The position numbers were made by a program, and so were the translations under genes. Shown in pieces: positions 1 to 9,658 of a stretch of 64,000 nt of DNA. The DNA is from an uncultured Gammaproteobacteria bacterium (GTDB taxonomy: Bacteria > Pseudomonadota > Gammaproteobacteria > CAWCPV01): the NCBI GenBank assembly GCA_963797555.1, contig CAWCPV010000019.1:11117-75116 (forward strand), read 5' to 3'. Each line of letters opens with the position of its first letter. Position 1 is the stretch's first letter. The notes under the pieces are model-generated. The model searched no databases and was not told where the DNA came from. It saw only the letters and a program-made list of their open reading frames with translations.

Positions 1-629
1 ACCTCACGCTTGCGGCCGTCGCGCAACACGACGCGATACCAGTGGTTGGTACCGCGACCCCCAAGGTCGGTCAGCGTCTCGAACCGTGCCTCACCGTCCC
101 CCAAGGCGACACCGGCCAGTAAGCGCTGCAACGTCTCGGGCGCGACGTTTCCCCGCACCCGCACCATATATTCCCGCTCAAGCCCGTGACGGGGGTGCAT
201 GAGCCGAGCGGCGAGCTCACCGTCGTTGGTGAACAGCAGCAGACCAGAGGTGTTGAGGTCGAGTCGGCCGACGGCGAGCCAAGGCCTGTCCGGTGCCGCC
301 GGAAGATGAGCGAAGACCGTCCGGCGCCCCTCCGGATCGCGCCGCGTGCAGACCTCTCCAACCGGCTTGTGGTAGGCGAGCACGCGTACCCGGGACCGAG
401 CCGGGAGTACGGCCACTGGCCGTCCGTCGACTGCGATCCGCGAGGCGCCGGTGACCCGTGTTCCGAGCTGCGCCGTTACGCCGTCGACGTCGATCCGCCC
501 CGCGGCGATCCAACGTTCCAGCTCGCGCCGGGATCCCAGCCCGTTGCGGGCGAGCGCCTTTTGCAGCCGCTCACCACGCTCGGACACTGCTACAGGGACC
601 GTGCCCCCGACTGAACTGCGGTGCCTCAT
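1..629 (-). CDS. rluB: 23S rRNA pseudouridine synthase RluB (3' end runs off window)
   Basis: Not in the ORF track because there is no stop in the window. Translation from ATG 629 gives S4 domain ERLQKALARNGLGSRRELERWIAAGRI and catalytic GRLDLNTSGLLLFTNDGELAARLMHP; downstream of scpAB as usual. Confidence 0.92.
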   Translation of the reverse strand, partial: MRHRSSVGGTVPVAVSERGERLQKALARNGLGSRRELERWIAAGRIDVDGVTAQLGTRVTGASRIAVDGRPVAVLPARSRVRVLAYHKPVGEVCTRRDPEGRRTVFAHLPAAPDRPWLAVGRLDLNTSGLLLFTNDGELAARLMHPRHGLEREYMVRVRGNVAPETLQRLLAGVALGDGEARFETLTDLGGRGTNHWYRVVLRDGRKRE

Positions 630-1177
630 TCGGCTTCCGGCGCGGGCTCACGGGCCTGAGGGTCGCGCTCAGTCTCCTGACCTGCGATATCCGCGAGCGG
701 GGGCAGCTCGGCCAGGCCCTTCAGACCGAAGTGGTCGAGGAATCGGCGTGCAGTCCCGTACAGGGCAGGCCGCCCCGGGGCCTCCCGGTGTCCCAGGACC
801 CGGATCCACTCGTGCTCCAAGAGCGTCTTGATAATGGCCGTGCTGACGGTTACGCCTCGGATTTCCTCGATCTCCCCGCGGCTCGCCGGCTGTCGGTAGG
901 CAATAATCGCCAGCGTCTCCAGCAGTGCCCGCGAGTGGCGAGCGGGGCGCTGCTCCCACAAACGGCAGACCCACGGGGCCACTTCGGCTCTGACCTGGAA
1001 GCGAAACCCGCTGGCCACCTCCCGTAACTCGATACCGCGACCCGAGCATTCGTTGGCGAGATCGGCCAACGTTTCGCGCAGCGCCTGGGAGCTTGGCCGG
1101 TCCTGGGGATCGAACAGCGACTGCAGCCGCTCGGTGGCCAGAGGCTCATCGGCCGCCAGCAGTGCCGCCTCAACCAC
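626..1177 (-). CDS. scpB: SMC-Scp complex subunit ScpB
   Basis: VEAALLAADEPL, SRALLETLAIIAYRQP, EIEEIRGV, PGRPALYGT..FLDHFGL motifs; the true start may be about 25 bp further upstream. Confidence 0.95.
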   Translation of the reverse strand: MVEAALLAADEPLATERLQSLFDPQDRPSSQALRETLADLANECSGRGIELREVASGFRFQVRAEVAPWVCRLWEQRPARHSRALLETLAIIAYRQPASRGEIEEIRGVTVSTAIIKTLLEHEWIRVLGHREAPGRPALYGTARRFLDHFGLKGLAELPPLADIAGQETERDPQAREPAPEAE

Positions 1178-1197
1178 CTGCTTCAGCAGCAGCGCGT

Positions 1198-1980
1198 TCA
1201 GCTGGCGGTGGCCCTCACGTGGATATCGGCGAAGGGTGCCGCCTGTAGCAGCTCGATCAGGGCGGCTCGTACCAACTCCAGCACCGCGAGGAAGGTGACC
1301 ACGACCCCTTGGCGACCCTCCTCCGGCGACAACAGCTCGCTAAAAGGAGTAAACCGTTCGCTGCCGAGCCGCCCCAAGAGATCCGACATACGTTCCCGCA
1401 CCGACAAAGGCTCTCGCCGCACGTGGTGGTGCTCGAGCAGGGCCGCGCGCGCCAACACGCCTTGCATGGCCAAGAGCAGCTCCGGAAGAGTGATTTCCGC
1501 CACGATGCGCGTCTGCTGGCAGTGCAGCTCTATTTGCACCGGATAGACATCGCGGCCGACTCTGGGCAGCGCATCCAACCCCTTGGCCGCGACCTTGTAA
1601 CGCTCGTATTCCTGGAGCCGACGTGCCAGCTCGGCCCTGGGGTCCTCCTCGTCCTGCTCCCCGTCGCGCTGCGGCAGCAGCATGCGCGACTTGAACTCAC
1701 CCAGCCAAGCGGCCATCACGAGGTACTCTGCGGCCAGCTCCAGACGGAGCGCCTTCATCAGCTCCACGTACTCGATATACTGCCGCGTGATCTCGGCAAC
1801 GGGGATGTCGAGGATATCTAGATTGTCGCGCTTGATAAGGTACAGCAACAGGTCGAGCGGGCCTTCGAAGGTTTCGAGAAACACTTCCAGCGCGTCCGGG
1901 GGGACGTATAAATCGCTCGGCAGCTCCGCTAGAGGCTGCCCTTTGACAAGCGCACAAGACGCGTCCAAGACCTCACTCAC
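1198..1980 (-). CDS. scpA: Segregation and condensation protein ScpA
   Basis: FEGPLDLLLYLI..NLDILDIP, AAEYLVMAA, VVVTFLAVLEL motifs. Confidence 0.95.
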   Translation of the reverse strand: MSEVLDASCALVKGQPLAELPSDLYVPPDALEVFLETFEGPLDLLLYLIKRDNLDILDIPVAEITRQYIEYVELMKALRLELAAEYLVMAAWLGEFKSRMLLPQRDGEQDEEDPRAELARRLQEYERYKVAAKGLDALPRVGRDVYPVQIELHCQQTRIVAEITLPELLLAMQGVLARAALLEHHHVRREPLSVRERMSDLLGRLGSERFTPFSELLSPEEGRQGVVVTFLAVLELVRAALIELLQAAPFADIHVRATAS

Positions 1981-1987
1981 CGCTGGG

Positions 1988-3189
1988 TCAGCGATACTCC
2001 AGCCCCATGGCGCGCCTCACCTCTGCCATGGTGCGTCGTGCAACCTCTCGAGCCCGCTCACAGCCTAGTGAGATGACCCCCCGCACCAACTCGGGCTGCT
2101 CGGTAATCTCCGCTGCCCGTTCCTGTATAGGCCGCAGCTCGGCGGTCACCGCATCGACCACCGGCTGTTTGCAATCCAGGCAGCCGATGCCGGCGGTTCG
2201 ACAGCCTTCCTGCACCCATGCCTTCACTTCCTCGTCCGAGTACACTAAATGCCAGTGCCACACCGGGCACTTGTCCGGGTCCCCCGGATCACTACGACGC
2301 ACCCTGGCGGGGTCCGTGGGCATGGTGCGTATCTTGGCGCCGACGGTCGCAACGTCCTCCCGCAGCCCAATGGTGTTGTGGTAGGACTTTGACATCTTCT
2401 GCCCGTCGATGCCAGGCATCCTGGATGTCGGGGTCAACAGTGCATCGGGCTCCGGCAGGATGGTCATACCACTGCCCTCCACATAGCCGGTCAGGCGCTC
2501 CCGGTCTGCCAAGGCGAGGTTCTGCTGCCCTCAAGGAACGCGCGGGCGGTCGCGAGCGCCTCCCCGTCACCCTGCTCCTGATAGCGCCGACGCAGCTCCC
2601 CATAAAGCCTGGCATTCTTCTTTCCCATCCGGCGGAGCGCCGTCTGCACCTTCTCCTCGAAGTCCGGTCCGAGGCCGTACAAGTGGTTAAAGCGGCGCGC
2701 GATTTCACGTGTGAGTTCCACGTGGGGCACTTGGTCCTCACCCACAGGCACCAACGCGGCCTTGTACATCAGTATGTCCGCGCTCTGGAGGAGTGGATAG
2801 CCGAGGAACCCGTATGTGGCGAGGTCCTTCTCCTTCAGCTTCTCCTGCTGGTCCTTATAGGTGGGCACACGCTCCAGCCAAGGCAGCGGAGTGAACATGG
2901 AGAGCAACAGGTGCAGCTCGGAGTGTTCGGCCACGTGCGACTGAATGAACAGCGTGGCTGTCTTCGGATTGATGCCCACCGCCAGCCAGTCGACCACCAT
3001 GTCCCAGACGCTTGCGGCGATAATCGCTGGGCGCTCGTATTCAGTGGTGAGTGCGTGCCAGTCTGCCACGAAGAAGAAGCACTCATACTCGTGCTGCAGG
3101 CGCAGCCAGTTCTTCAGCACCCCGTGGTAGTGGCCTAGATGCAGCTTGCCGGTCGGACGCATGCCGGAGAGAACGCGCTGCGGCGTCAC
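1988..3189 (-). CDS. trpS: Tryptophanyl-tRNA synthetase (one frameshift at ~2529, likely sequencing error)
   Basis: SGMRPTGKLHLGHY (HIGH-type), VPVGEDQVPHVE and KMSKS are split over two ORFs; adding one G in a G-run restores LEGQQNLALADRERL. Confidence 0.93.
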
Positions 3190-3236
3190 TACGACCTTCC
3201 CCCATGCCTTGTAGATAGGTGGTTCATGCCGCGTGG

Positions 3237-3890
3237 CTAAAGTCCCACGAAGGAGAATACCAGCGCCTGGATAACGTGCACCGGCGGCCCCAACAGCCGA
3301 CCGAGCATGCCGGTTGCGAGGAGCGTCAGCAGGATCAGGAACCCGTACGGCTCGATCCGTGAGAGCTGCCAGGACAGGGGCCCCGGTAGCAGGCCGGTCA
3401 ACACCCGACCGCCGTCCAGCGGAGGGACTGGAAGCAGGTTGAGGACCATTAGCACGATGTTGATGGCGATGCCTGCCCCTCCCATGTATACGAGGGGTAA
3501 GGCGACCCAGTCGAAGGTTCCGGAGAGCAGCAGTCCCGACTTCAGGACCAGAGCCCAGACAAGCGCCATCAGCAGGTTTGCCAGCGGTCCTGCTGCGGCG
3601 ACCAGCGCCATGTCCCGCTTGGGGTGATGCAGGTTCTCGTAGGTCACCGGAACGGGCTTCGCCCAACCGAATATGAAGCCGCCGAGAAATAGCAGCAGCG
3701 TCGGAACCAGGATGGTCCCGAGGGGGTCGATGTGCTTTAACGGGTTCAGCGTCAGGCGCCCGAGCATCTCGGCCGTCGGGTCACCCAGATGTTTCGCGAC
3801 CCACCCGTGCGCGACCTCGTGCACGGTAATGGCAAAAAGAACCGGCACCGCCCAGACAGCCAGACGCTGCACCAGATTCAGCTCTTCCAT
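3237..3890 (-). CDS. Site-2 (M50) zinc metalloprotease
   Basis: HEVAH (HExxH) and NLLPVPPLDG motifs, transmembrane segments. Confidence 0.93.
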   Translation of the reverse strand: MEELNLVQRLAVWAVPVLFAITVHEVAHGWVAKHLGDPTAEMLGRLTLNPLKHIDPLGTILVPTLLLFLGGFIFGWAKPVPVTYENLHHPKRDMALVAAAGPLANLLMALVWALVLKSGLLLSGTFDWVALPLVYMGGAGIAINIVLMVLNLLPVPPLDGGRVLTGLLPGPLSWQLSRIEPYGFLILLTLLATGMLGRLLGPPVHVIQALVFSFVGL

Positions 3891-3917
3891 GGCAGGATTA
3901 TACTGGGATTGGACTGA

Positions 3918-4058
3918 GAGCTTGGGAATAAATCTGCTGCGCGTCCCGATAGCAGCGTTGCGCGGTGCTCGCTCCTCGCCTATCTACTTGATATGTCTCG
4001 TCGCTGCGCTCCGTGTGCCTTGCTCTCGGGCCGCTCGCGACGATTTATTCACAAGCTC
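3918..4058. repeat. MITE-like palindromic element
   Basis: 17-bp terminal inverted repeats GAGCTTGGGAATAAATC / GATTTATTCACAAGCTC (1 mismatch), flanked by a TGA direct repeat; no ORF. Confidence 0.75.
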
Positions 4059-4085
4059 TGAGCGCTCCAAACGAAGCGATGGCGT

Positions 4086-4709
4086 TCAGGGCGTGATCAC
4101 CCCCACATCGCCTTTCCCTCTTCTTATGACCTCGGGAACACCACTCACTAGATCCACGACGGTGGTGGGCTCCAAGCCGCAGAAGCCCCCGTCGATGATG
4201 AGATCCACCTGCTTCTCCAGTGCCGTACGGATCTCCTCGGGGTCTGTGAGCGGCATCTCCGCACCCGGCAGGGTAAGGGTCACACTCATGATGGGCTCTC
4301 CCAAGGTTTCCAGCAGGGCTCGTGCGATCGCGTGGTCGGGAACCCGCAAGCCGATCGTCTTGCGTTTGGGATTCTGCAGCCGCCGCGGCACCTCTTCTGT
4401 CGCCTTGAGTATGAACGTGTACGCCCCTGGCGTCACGGAACGGATCAGCCGGTAAGCAGTGTTGTCCACCTGTGCATAAGTCGAGATCTCGGAGAGGTCG
4501 CGACATACCAGCGTGAAATCATGTCGGTCATCGAGCCGCCTGATCCGGCGAATCCGCTCCATCGCGGGTTTGTCGCCGATCAGGCAGCCCAGCGCGTAGC
4601 ACGAGTCGGTGGGGTAGGCGACTACCCCACCCGCACGCATGATGCTCGCGGCCTGACCGATGAGTCGCGGCTGGGGGTCTTCCGGGTGGATCTTGAAATA
4701 TTGGCTCAA
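4086..4709 (-). CDS. yciO: YciO / Sua5-YrdC family protein
   Basis: SQYFKIHPEDPQPRLI, VAYPTDSCYALGC, KRKTIGLRVPD, PTTVVDL; likely TTG start at 4709. Confidence 0.9.
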   Translation of the reverse strand: MSQYFKIHPEDPQPRLIGQAASIMRAGGVVAYPTDSCYALGCLIGDKPAMERIRRIRRLDDRHDFTLVCRDLSEISTYAQVDNTAYRLIRSVTPGAYTFILKATEEVPRRLQNPKRKTIGLRVPDHAIARALLETLGEPIMSVTLTLPGAEMPLTDPEEIRTALEKQVDLIIDGGFCGLEPTTVVDLVSGVPEVIRRGKGDVGVITP

Positions 4710-5527
4710 CGGGCGTGCCGGGCTGGTGGGGGTCTCTTGAGGGCGGGGCAGAAGGAGCCCGGAAGCTCTGGTGCGGTATGGTAATCCGAAGCCCCGCCAG
4801 GAACAAGCCGCGACCGCGGACGCAAAGTCGTTCCCAGGAACACGCACGAAGCAACATGCTCTGGCGTTATGGTGGACCCGCCGAGACGCACCGCAGAGCA
4901 TTGATGAGGACGGGTGTTGAGCGGCGGGGTTAGGGGTTCGGTGAGGAGGTGAGGACGAGGACCGAGGCGGAGGGCCAAGCGTGCCGAGGGTTTTTGGGGG
5001 TCGCCGGGAGCCGCAGGCCGATCAGGCGCAGCGCTGCGCTGGCGAAGGGCACACGCTCGTCAGGACCCGGGGCCGTTGGCGGTGCGGGTCTGGGAGGGAT
5101 CAGGAAAGATCGCGTCGCGCACTGGGAGCGGTTCTCGATGGCCGGCTGGTCTTCGTCCGAGAGCGTGCGCACTCGGCGTGCAGCGCCTCGGCAGTGAGCC
5201 CGAGAGGCGCCAGCAGCGGCTTGGTCTCCGGGATCGCGGGGTCTGCCCCCTCGCGGCTGGCCAGGGTGACGCTGCAAGAAGGGCGTTCAGAGGCCCCAGG
5301 TGCCCGGGTCGCGAGTAGCCGGCGCAGCGCTTTGGCGCGTCCCCGGCGACCGTCCAGTTCCTGAAGGCCGCAGCCAGGGCATCGGGGTCCCGTTGGAAGC
5401 GCCTGGGAGTGCGGGGGTCACGCGCACGCAGGCGCCTGAAAGGATGAGCCGCCCTGACCCCTCGCGAGGGCGGCGTCGCCGCTTTGGCTGCGAGCGGGTT
5501 GCGCGTGGGAATCTAGCGCACCTTGGC

Positions 5528-6313
5528 TCAGGCCTCAGCCCGCGTTCTCGTGGCATGGCTATGCCAGCGGCGGAGCAGGTCCACGTCGACCCACCCCTTA
5601 CCAAAGGCTTCGCCCTGAAACAAGGAAAAAGGGCGATCCGGCTCCCCCAGGTCGCTGAGGACGGCAACTGCCCCGCTGAAGTCCTCGCCCTGCGTATAAC
5701 TGCTGATGGTCACCACCGTGGCGACATCGGCCCCAAGGCTCGCCCGCAGACCGTTGGTCGAGTCCTCGACGGCGAGGCAGGCGGACGGCACCAGGCTCAT
5801 CTTTCGAAGCACCCAGCGGTAGATGTCCGGGGCGGGCTTCTTCGCAGACACACAATCGCCCGCGCCGATCACGTCGAACCACTCGGTGCCTTGCGGCCCG
5901 AGGGTGCTCTCGAGCAGGGCCAGGACATTCCCCAGGCCAGTCGTGGTCGCTATTCCAAGGCGCAGGCCCGCCCGTGTGACCTCCTGCAACAAGCGCCTCA
6001 CACCCGGCCGCAGCCGCAGCCCGCCGGTCGCCACGCCCTCGGCGTACAGGCGCGTCTTGTCTTCGTGCAGACTGGCGATCCACCGCTCCAGATCCGGGCG
6101 CGCCAGCAGTTCGGAATGAAACCGCCCCAGGTAGTGGCGGATGCGCTCCTTGCCTCCGGTGACCACCAGCAGGTCGCGGTAAAGCTCGCGCGGCCAATCC
6201 CAGTCCAGACCGCGCTCGCGGAACGCCCGATTGAACGCGTCCCGGTGTACCTCCTCGTTTTCGGTCAGGGTGCCGTCCACGTCGAACAGCACCGCTTGGA
6301 GGCCCACCGTCAC
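5528..6313 (-). CDS. CbbY-like HAD family hydrolase
   Basis: FDVDGTL, HRDAFNRAF, VTGGKERI, KKPAPDIY, AVEDSTNGL motifs typical of CbbY. Confidence 0.85.
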   Translation of the reverse strand: MTVGLQAVLFDVDGTLTENEEVHRDAFNRAFRERGLDWDWPRELYRDLLVVTGGKERIRHYLGRFHSELLARPDLERWIASLHEDKTRLYAEGVATGGLRLRPGVRRLLQEVTRAGLRLGIATTTGLGNVLALLESTLGPQGTEWFDVIGAGDCVSAKKPAPDIYRWVLRKMSLVPSACLAVEDSTNGLRASLGADVATVVTISSYTQGEDFSGAVAVLSDLGEPDRPFSLFQGEAFGKGWVDVDLLRRWHSHATRTRAEA

Positions 6314-6345
6314 GCTCCTGCGGTCGGGAAGGCGGTCACGGCTGG

Positions 6346-7251
6346 CTACACCTCGCCGGTCAGCCGGTGCAACGCCTCGTGATATTTCTGGGCGGTCCTC
6401 GAGACGACCTCGGGCGGCAACTCTGGGCCCGGCGGCCTCTTGTCCCAGCCGCTGCGCTCCAGATAGTCCCGCACGTACTGCTTGTCGAAGCTGGGCGGGT
6501 TGGTGCCCGGCAGGTGGCCGTCGGCTAACCAAAAGCGCGACGAATCCGGTGTCAAGACCTCGTCAATGAGCACCGGCCGGCCGCCCTCGTCGACACCGAA
6601 CTCGAACTTCGTGTCCGCAACGAGAATACCTCGGGAGGCCGCGAGCTCGGCCGCTGTCTCGTACAGCGCCAGGCTGAGCCTGCGGATTTCGTCCGCCAAA
6701 CCTCGCCCTAGCAACGTCACGGAGCGCTCATAGGTGATGTTCTCGTCGTGGGCACCCGCTGTCGCCTTGGTGGACGGGGTGTAGATCGGCTCAGGTAGCC
6801 TGTCCGCATGGTGCAGACCTTGCGATAACGCTACTCCACACACGCCACCGGTAGCCACGTAGTCCTTCCAGCCGGAACCGGCCAGGTAGCCGCGCACGAT
6901 AGCCTCCACGGGCAGAGGGGACAGGCGGCGCACCACCACCGCTCGCCCGCCCACCTGCGCACGGTCGTCCGGGTCGTCCAGTGCGGCCTCCGGCGACGTG
7001 GCCACCAAGTGATTGGGCACGACGTGCGAGAGCCGGGCAAACCAGAAGTTCGAAAGGGCAGTCAGTACCCTGCCCTTCCCGGGGATGGGCGTGGGGAGGA
7101 CGACATCGAAGGCGGACAGTCGGTCGGTGGCGACGATCAACAGATGCCGATCATCGACCCGATACATGTCCCGCACTTTGCCGCGATGGAGCAGGGGCAG
7201 GCCACGCAAGGTCGACGTGTACAAGGCCGACGTGTACAGGGCGTCGTTCAT
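6346..7251 (-). CDS. purC: SAICAR synthase
   Basis: GKVRDMY, ATDRLSAFD, PIYTPSTKA, DTKFEFG, DEVLTPDSSRFW, DKQYVRDYL. Confidence 0.97.
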   Translation of the reverse strand: MNDALYTSALYTSTLRGLPLLHRGKVRDMYRVDDRHLLIVATDRLSAFDVVLPTPIPGKGRVLTALSNFWFARLSHVVPNHLVATSPEAALDDPDDRAQVGGRAVVVRRLSPLPVEAIVRGYLAGSGWKDYVATGGVCGVALSQGLHHADRLPEPIYTPSTKATAGAHDENITYERSVTLLGRGLADEIRRLSLALYETAAELAASRGILVADTKFEFGVDEGGRPVLIDEVLTPDSSRFWLADGHLPGTNPPSFDKQYVRDYLERSGWDKRPPGPELPPEVVSRTAQKYHEALHRLTGEV

Positions 7252-7316
7252 GGGGTGGTCACGGCTCCAGATGCCGCTCGAAAGCAGTACGCCAAGTCAG
7301 TCTCTCCGGCCGCCAG

Positions 7317-7760
7317 CTAGGGGCCCGCGTCGGCGCCGTCGATCTTGCCGTAGGGGAACCGCACGTGCCCGTAACGGATCACCAGGACTGCCAGGGCCAG
7401 CAGCAGGACGGCCGTGGCCACGGCTAGCATCCGCCAAGCATCCATGTTCTTCATGTCCAGTATTAGATAGCGGGCCAGGGCGACGATGCCGATGTAGAGC
7501 GGCAGGCGAACCGGAAGCTCGCCGGACTCAAGGTAGACCCCCACCATAGTGAGGATCTCCAGGTAGATGAACAGGAGCAGCAGGTCCGCCAGAGTCACCC
7601 TCCCCGCGGCCACCATGGTTGCAACCTCCTGGCCCGCGGCGATGAGCGTCGCCAGCGCGATCACCCACAGACCCACGGTCTCCAGGACGGTGAGCAGGGA
7701 TTTGCTGTAGGAAAGGGCTTTCTGGTGCAAAGGTTGCTCCGATCTCACCGGGCGCTTCAT
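7317..7760 (-). CDS. Phosphate-starvation-inducible PsiE family membrane protein
   Basis: LADLLLLFIYLE..MVG.Y..SG.LPVR.PLYI.IVALARY.ILD. Confidence 0.85.
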   Translation of the reverse strand: MKRPVRSEQPLHQKALSYSKSLLTVLETVGLWVIALATLIAAGQEVATMVAAGRVTLADLLLLFIYLEILTMVGVYLESGELPVRLPLYIGIVALARYLILDMKNMDAWRMLAVATAVLLLALAVLVIRYGHVRFPYGKIDGADAGP

Positions 7761-7948
7761 GGCAGTGGCAGGACGCCGCTCGCTCGGAGGGGTGACCGCC
7801 CGGACCACCAGGCTATTCTATCGGAAGCCCCTCGGGGGCACACGGGTCGACCCACGCACCTATGAGCGCCAAACCGGCTTAGAGCCGACGAGACAAGTAG
7901 TTATAATACGTCAGCTATTTGATCTGCTAATCAGCTTAGAGCACAGGC

Positions 7949-8446
7949 ATGTCCACTCCGCCGTTGGTCGGTCTGGTGATGGGGAGCCTCAGCGACTGGG
8001 AGGTCATGCGGCACGCTGCTGAGCGGCTGCAGGCCTTCGGGGTGCCCTTCGAGGCCCGCGTCGTCTCGGCGCACCGCACTCCCGATCTGCTGTTCGAGTA
8101 TGCCGAGAACGCCGCGCGGCGCGGGCTGATGTGTATCATCGCCGGAGCCGGGGGAGCAGCACATCTGCCCGGGATGCTGGCATCCAAGACGACCGTGCCG
8201 GTGCTGGGAGTCCCTGCACCCTCCCGTTACCTCAAGGGGCTGGACTCGCTGCTATCCATCGTCCAGATGCCGAAGGGCGTGCCTGTGGCAACCTTCGCCA
8301 TCGGTGAAGCCGGCGCCACCAATGCCGCCCTGTTTGCGGTGGCCATGCTGGCGGTCCGCGACCCGGAGCTGGCAAGCAGGCTGGAGGAGTTCCGACGGTC
8401 ACAGCAGCAGTCCGTGCTGGAGACCTCCGTGCCCCTACCTCCATGA
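7949..8446 (+). CDS. purE: N5-carboxyaminoimidazole ribonucleotide mutase
   Basis: [46 protein letters not shown]. Confidence 0.97.
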   Translation: MSTPPLVGLVMGSLSDWEVMRHAAERLQAFGVPFEARVVSAHRTPDLLFEYAENAARRGLMCIIAGAGGAAHLPGMLASKTTVPVLGVPAPSRYLKGLDSLLSIVQMPKGVPVATFAIGEAGATNAALFAVAMLAVRDPELASRLEEFRRSQQQSVLETSVPLPP

Positions 8447-9612
8447 TCCTTCCGGGCGCCATGCTGGGAGTGTTGGGCGGGGGCCAACTCGGCGGCATGT
8501 TTGTGGTCGCCGCCCGTACCATGGGGTACCGAGTGACGGTGCTGGATCCGGACGTCCGCAGTCCGGCCGGCGCGCTCGCCAACCAACACCTGGTGGCGGA
8601 GTATCGGGACGGCGACGCCCTGGAGCGCCTGGGCCGGGCCTGCGCGGCGGTCACCACCGAATTCGAGAACGTCCCCGCCGAAAGCCTGCGGACTCTTTCC
8701 CGCTTCTGCCGCGTATGCCCCTCGCCGGAAGCGGTGACTGTTGCCCAGGATCGGATCCGGGAGAAGGGTTTCCTACATGCGCACGCGTTTCCCACGGCAC
8801 CTTTCCTCCCCGTTCGCGACATCGAGGACCTGGCCGCCGGGGGCGAGCTGTTGAAAGGGCCGGCTTTGCTGAAGCGGGCAGCACTCGGCTACGACGGGAG
8901 GGGTCAGGTCCGGGTGAACGGCCTGCACGAGGCACTAAACGGCTTCGAGACGCTGGGCCGTACCCCGTGTGTGCTGGAGGTGAGACTCGACCTGCAAACG
9001 GAGGTGTCAGTGGTGCTGGCACGCGGCACCGATGGCAAGGTCACCTGTTTTCCGGTGGCGGAGAACGTCCACCGCCGCGGCATTCTGGACGTCAGCGTGG
9101 TACCAGCACGCATTTCCGAGGCCACTGCAACGGCTGTCACGGAGATGGCGACAGCACTTGCCGAACGGCTGGATTACTGCGGAGTCCTCGCCGTCGAGTT
9201 CTTCATCACCCAGGCGGGCGAGATCCTGGTCAATGAGATCGCACCTCGCCCGCACAATAGCGGCCATTACACCCTGGATGCCTGCGTCAACTCCCAGTTC
9301 GTGCAACAGGTGCGCGTACTGTGCGGCTCACCGCCGGGGGACAGCCGACTGTTATCGCCAGCCGTCATGGTCAATCTACTGGGCGACCTTTGGGCTCGAG
9401 GAGAACCGCCTTGGGACGTGTTGTTGCGCCATCCCCGGCTCAAGCTCCACCTCTACGGCAAACAGAAAGCCCGACCGGGGCGCAAGATGGGGCACTTCAC
9501 ATGCCTCGACCACGATGCGGAAGCTGCCCTGGCAACAGCGATGCGCTTGAGGGCGGAGTTGGCTTCGCTGCTGGCTCATGGGTGTGAGCGGGCGGCCGCC
9601 CGCCTCCCGTGA
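8443..9612 (+). CDS. purK: N5-carboxyaminoimidazole ribonucleotide synthase
   Basis: [46 protein letters not shown]; overlaps the purE stop. Confidence 0.96.
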   Translation: MILPGAMLGVLGGGQLGGMFVVAARTMGYRVTVLDPDVRSPAGALANQHLVAEYRDGDALERLGRACAAVTTEFENVPAESLRTLSRFCRVCPSPEAVTVAQDRIREKGFLHAHAFPTAPFLPVRDIEDLAAGGELLKGPALLKRAALGYDGRGQVRVNGLHEALNGFETLGRTPCVLEVRLDLQTEVSVVLARGTDGKVTCFPVAENVHRRGILDVSVVPARISEATATAVTEMATALAERLDYCGVLAVEFFITQAGEILVNEIAPRPHNSGHYTLDACVNSQFVQQVRVLCGSPPGDSRLLSPAVMVNLLGDLWARGEPPWDVLLRHPRLKLHLYGKQKARPGRKMGHFTCLDHDAEAALATAMRLRAELASLLAHGCERAAARLP

Positions 9613-9658
9613 CCCCGCGCAGCCCGGAGGGCCCACACCCGCAGCAATTGCCTGCTCA

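Noticed and set aside
2491-2535. Programmed frameshift in trpS
   Set aside because: No slippery heptamer; a homopolymer sequencing error is the simpler explanation.
4800-4850. c-di-GMP-I riboswitch (GGACGCAAAG)
   Set aside because: It lacks the GGCAAAC/GAAA stem, and no gene follows on that strand.
4900-5520. PHP-domain (yciV) gene expected upstream of yciO
   Set aside because: No PHP motifs were recognisable in any frame.
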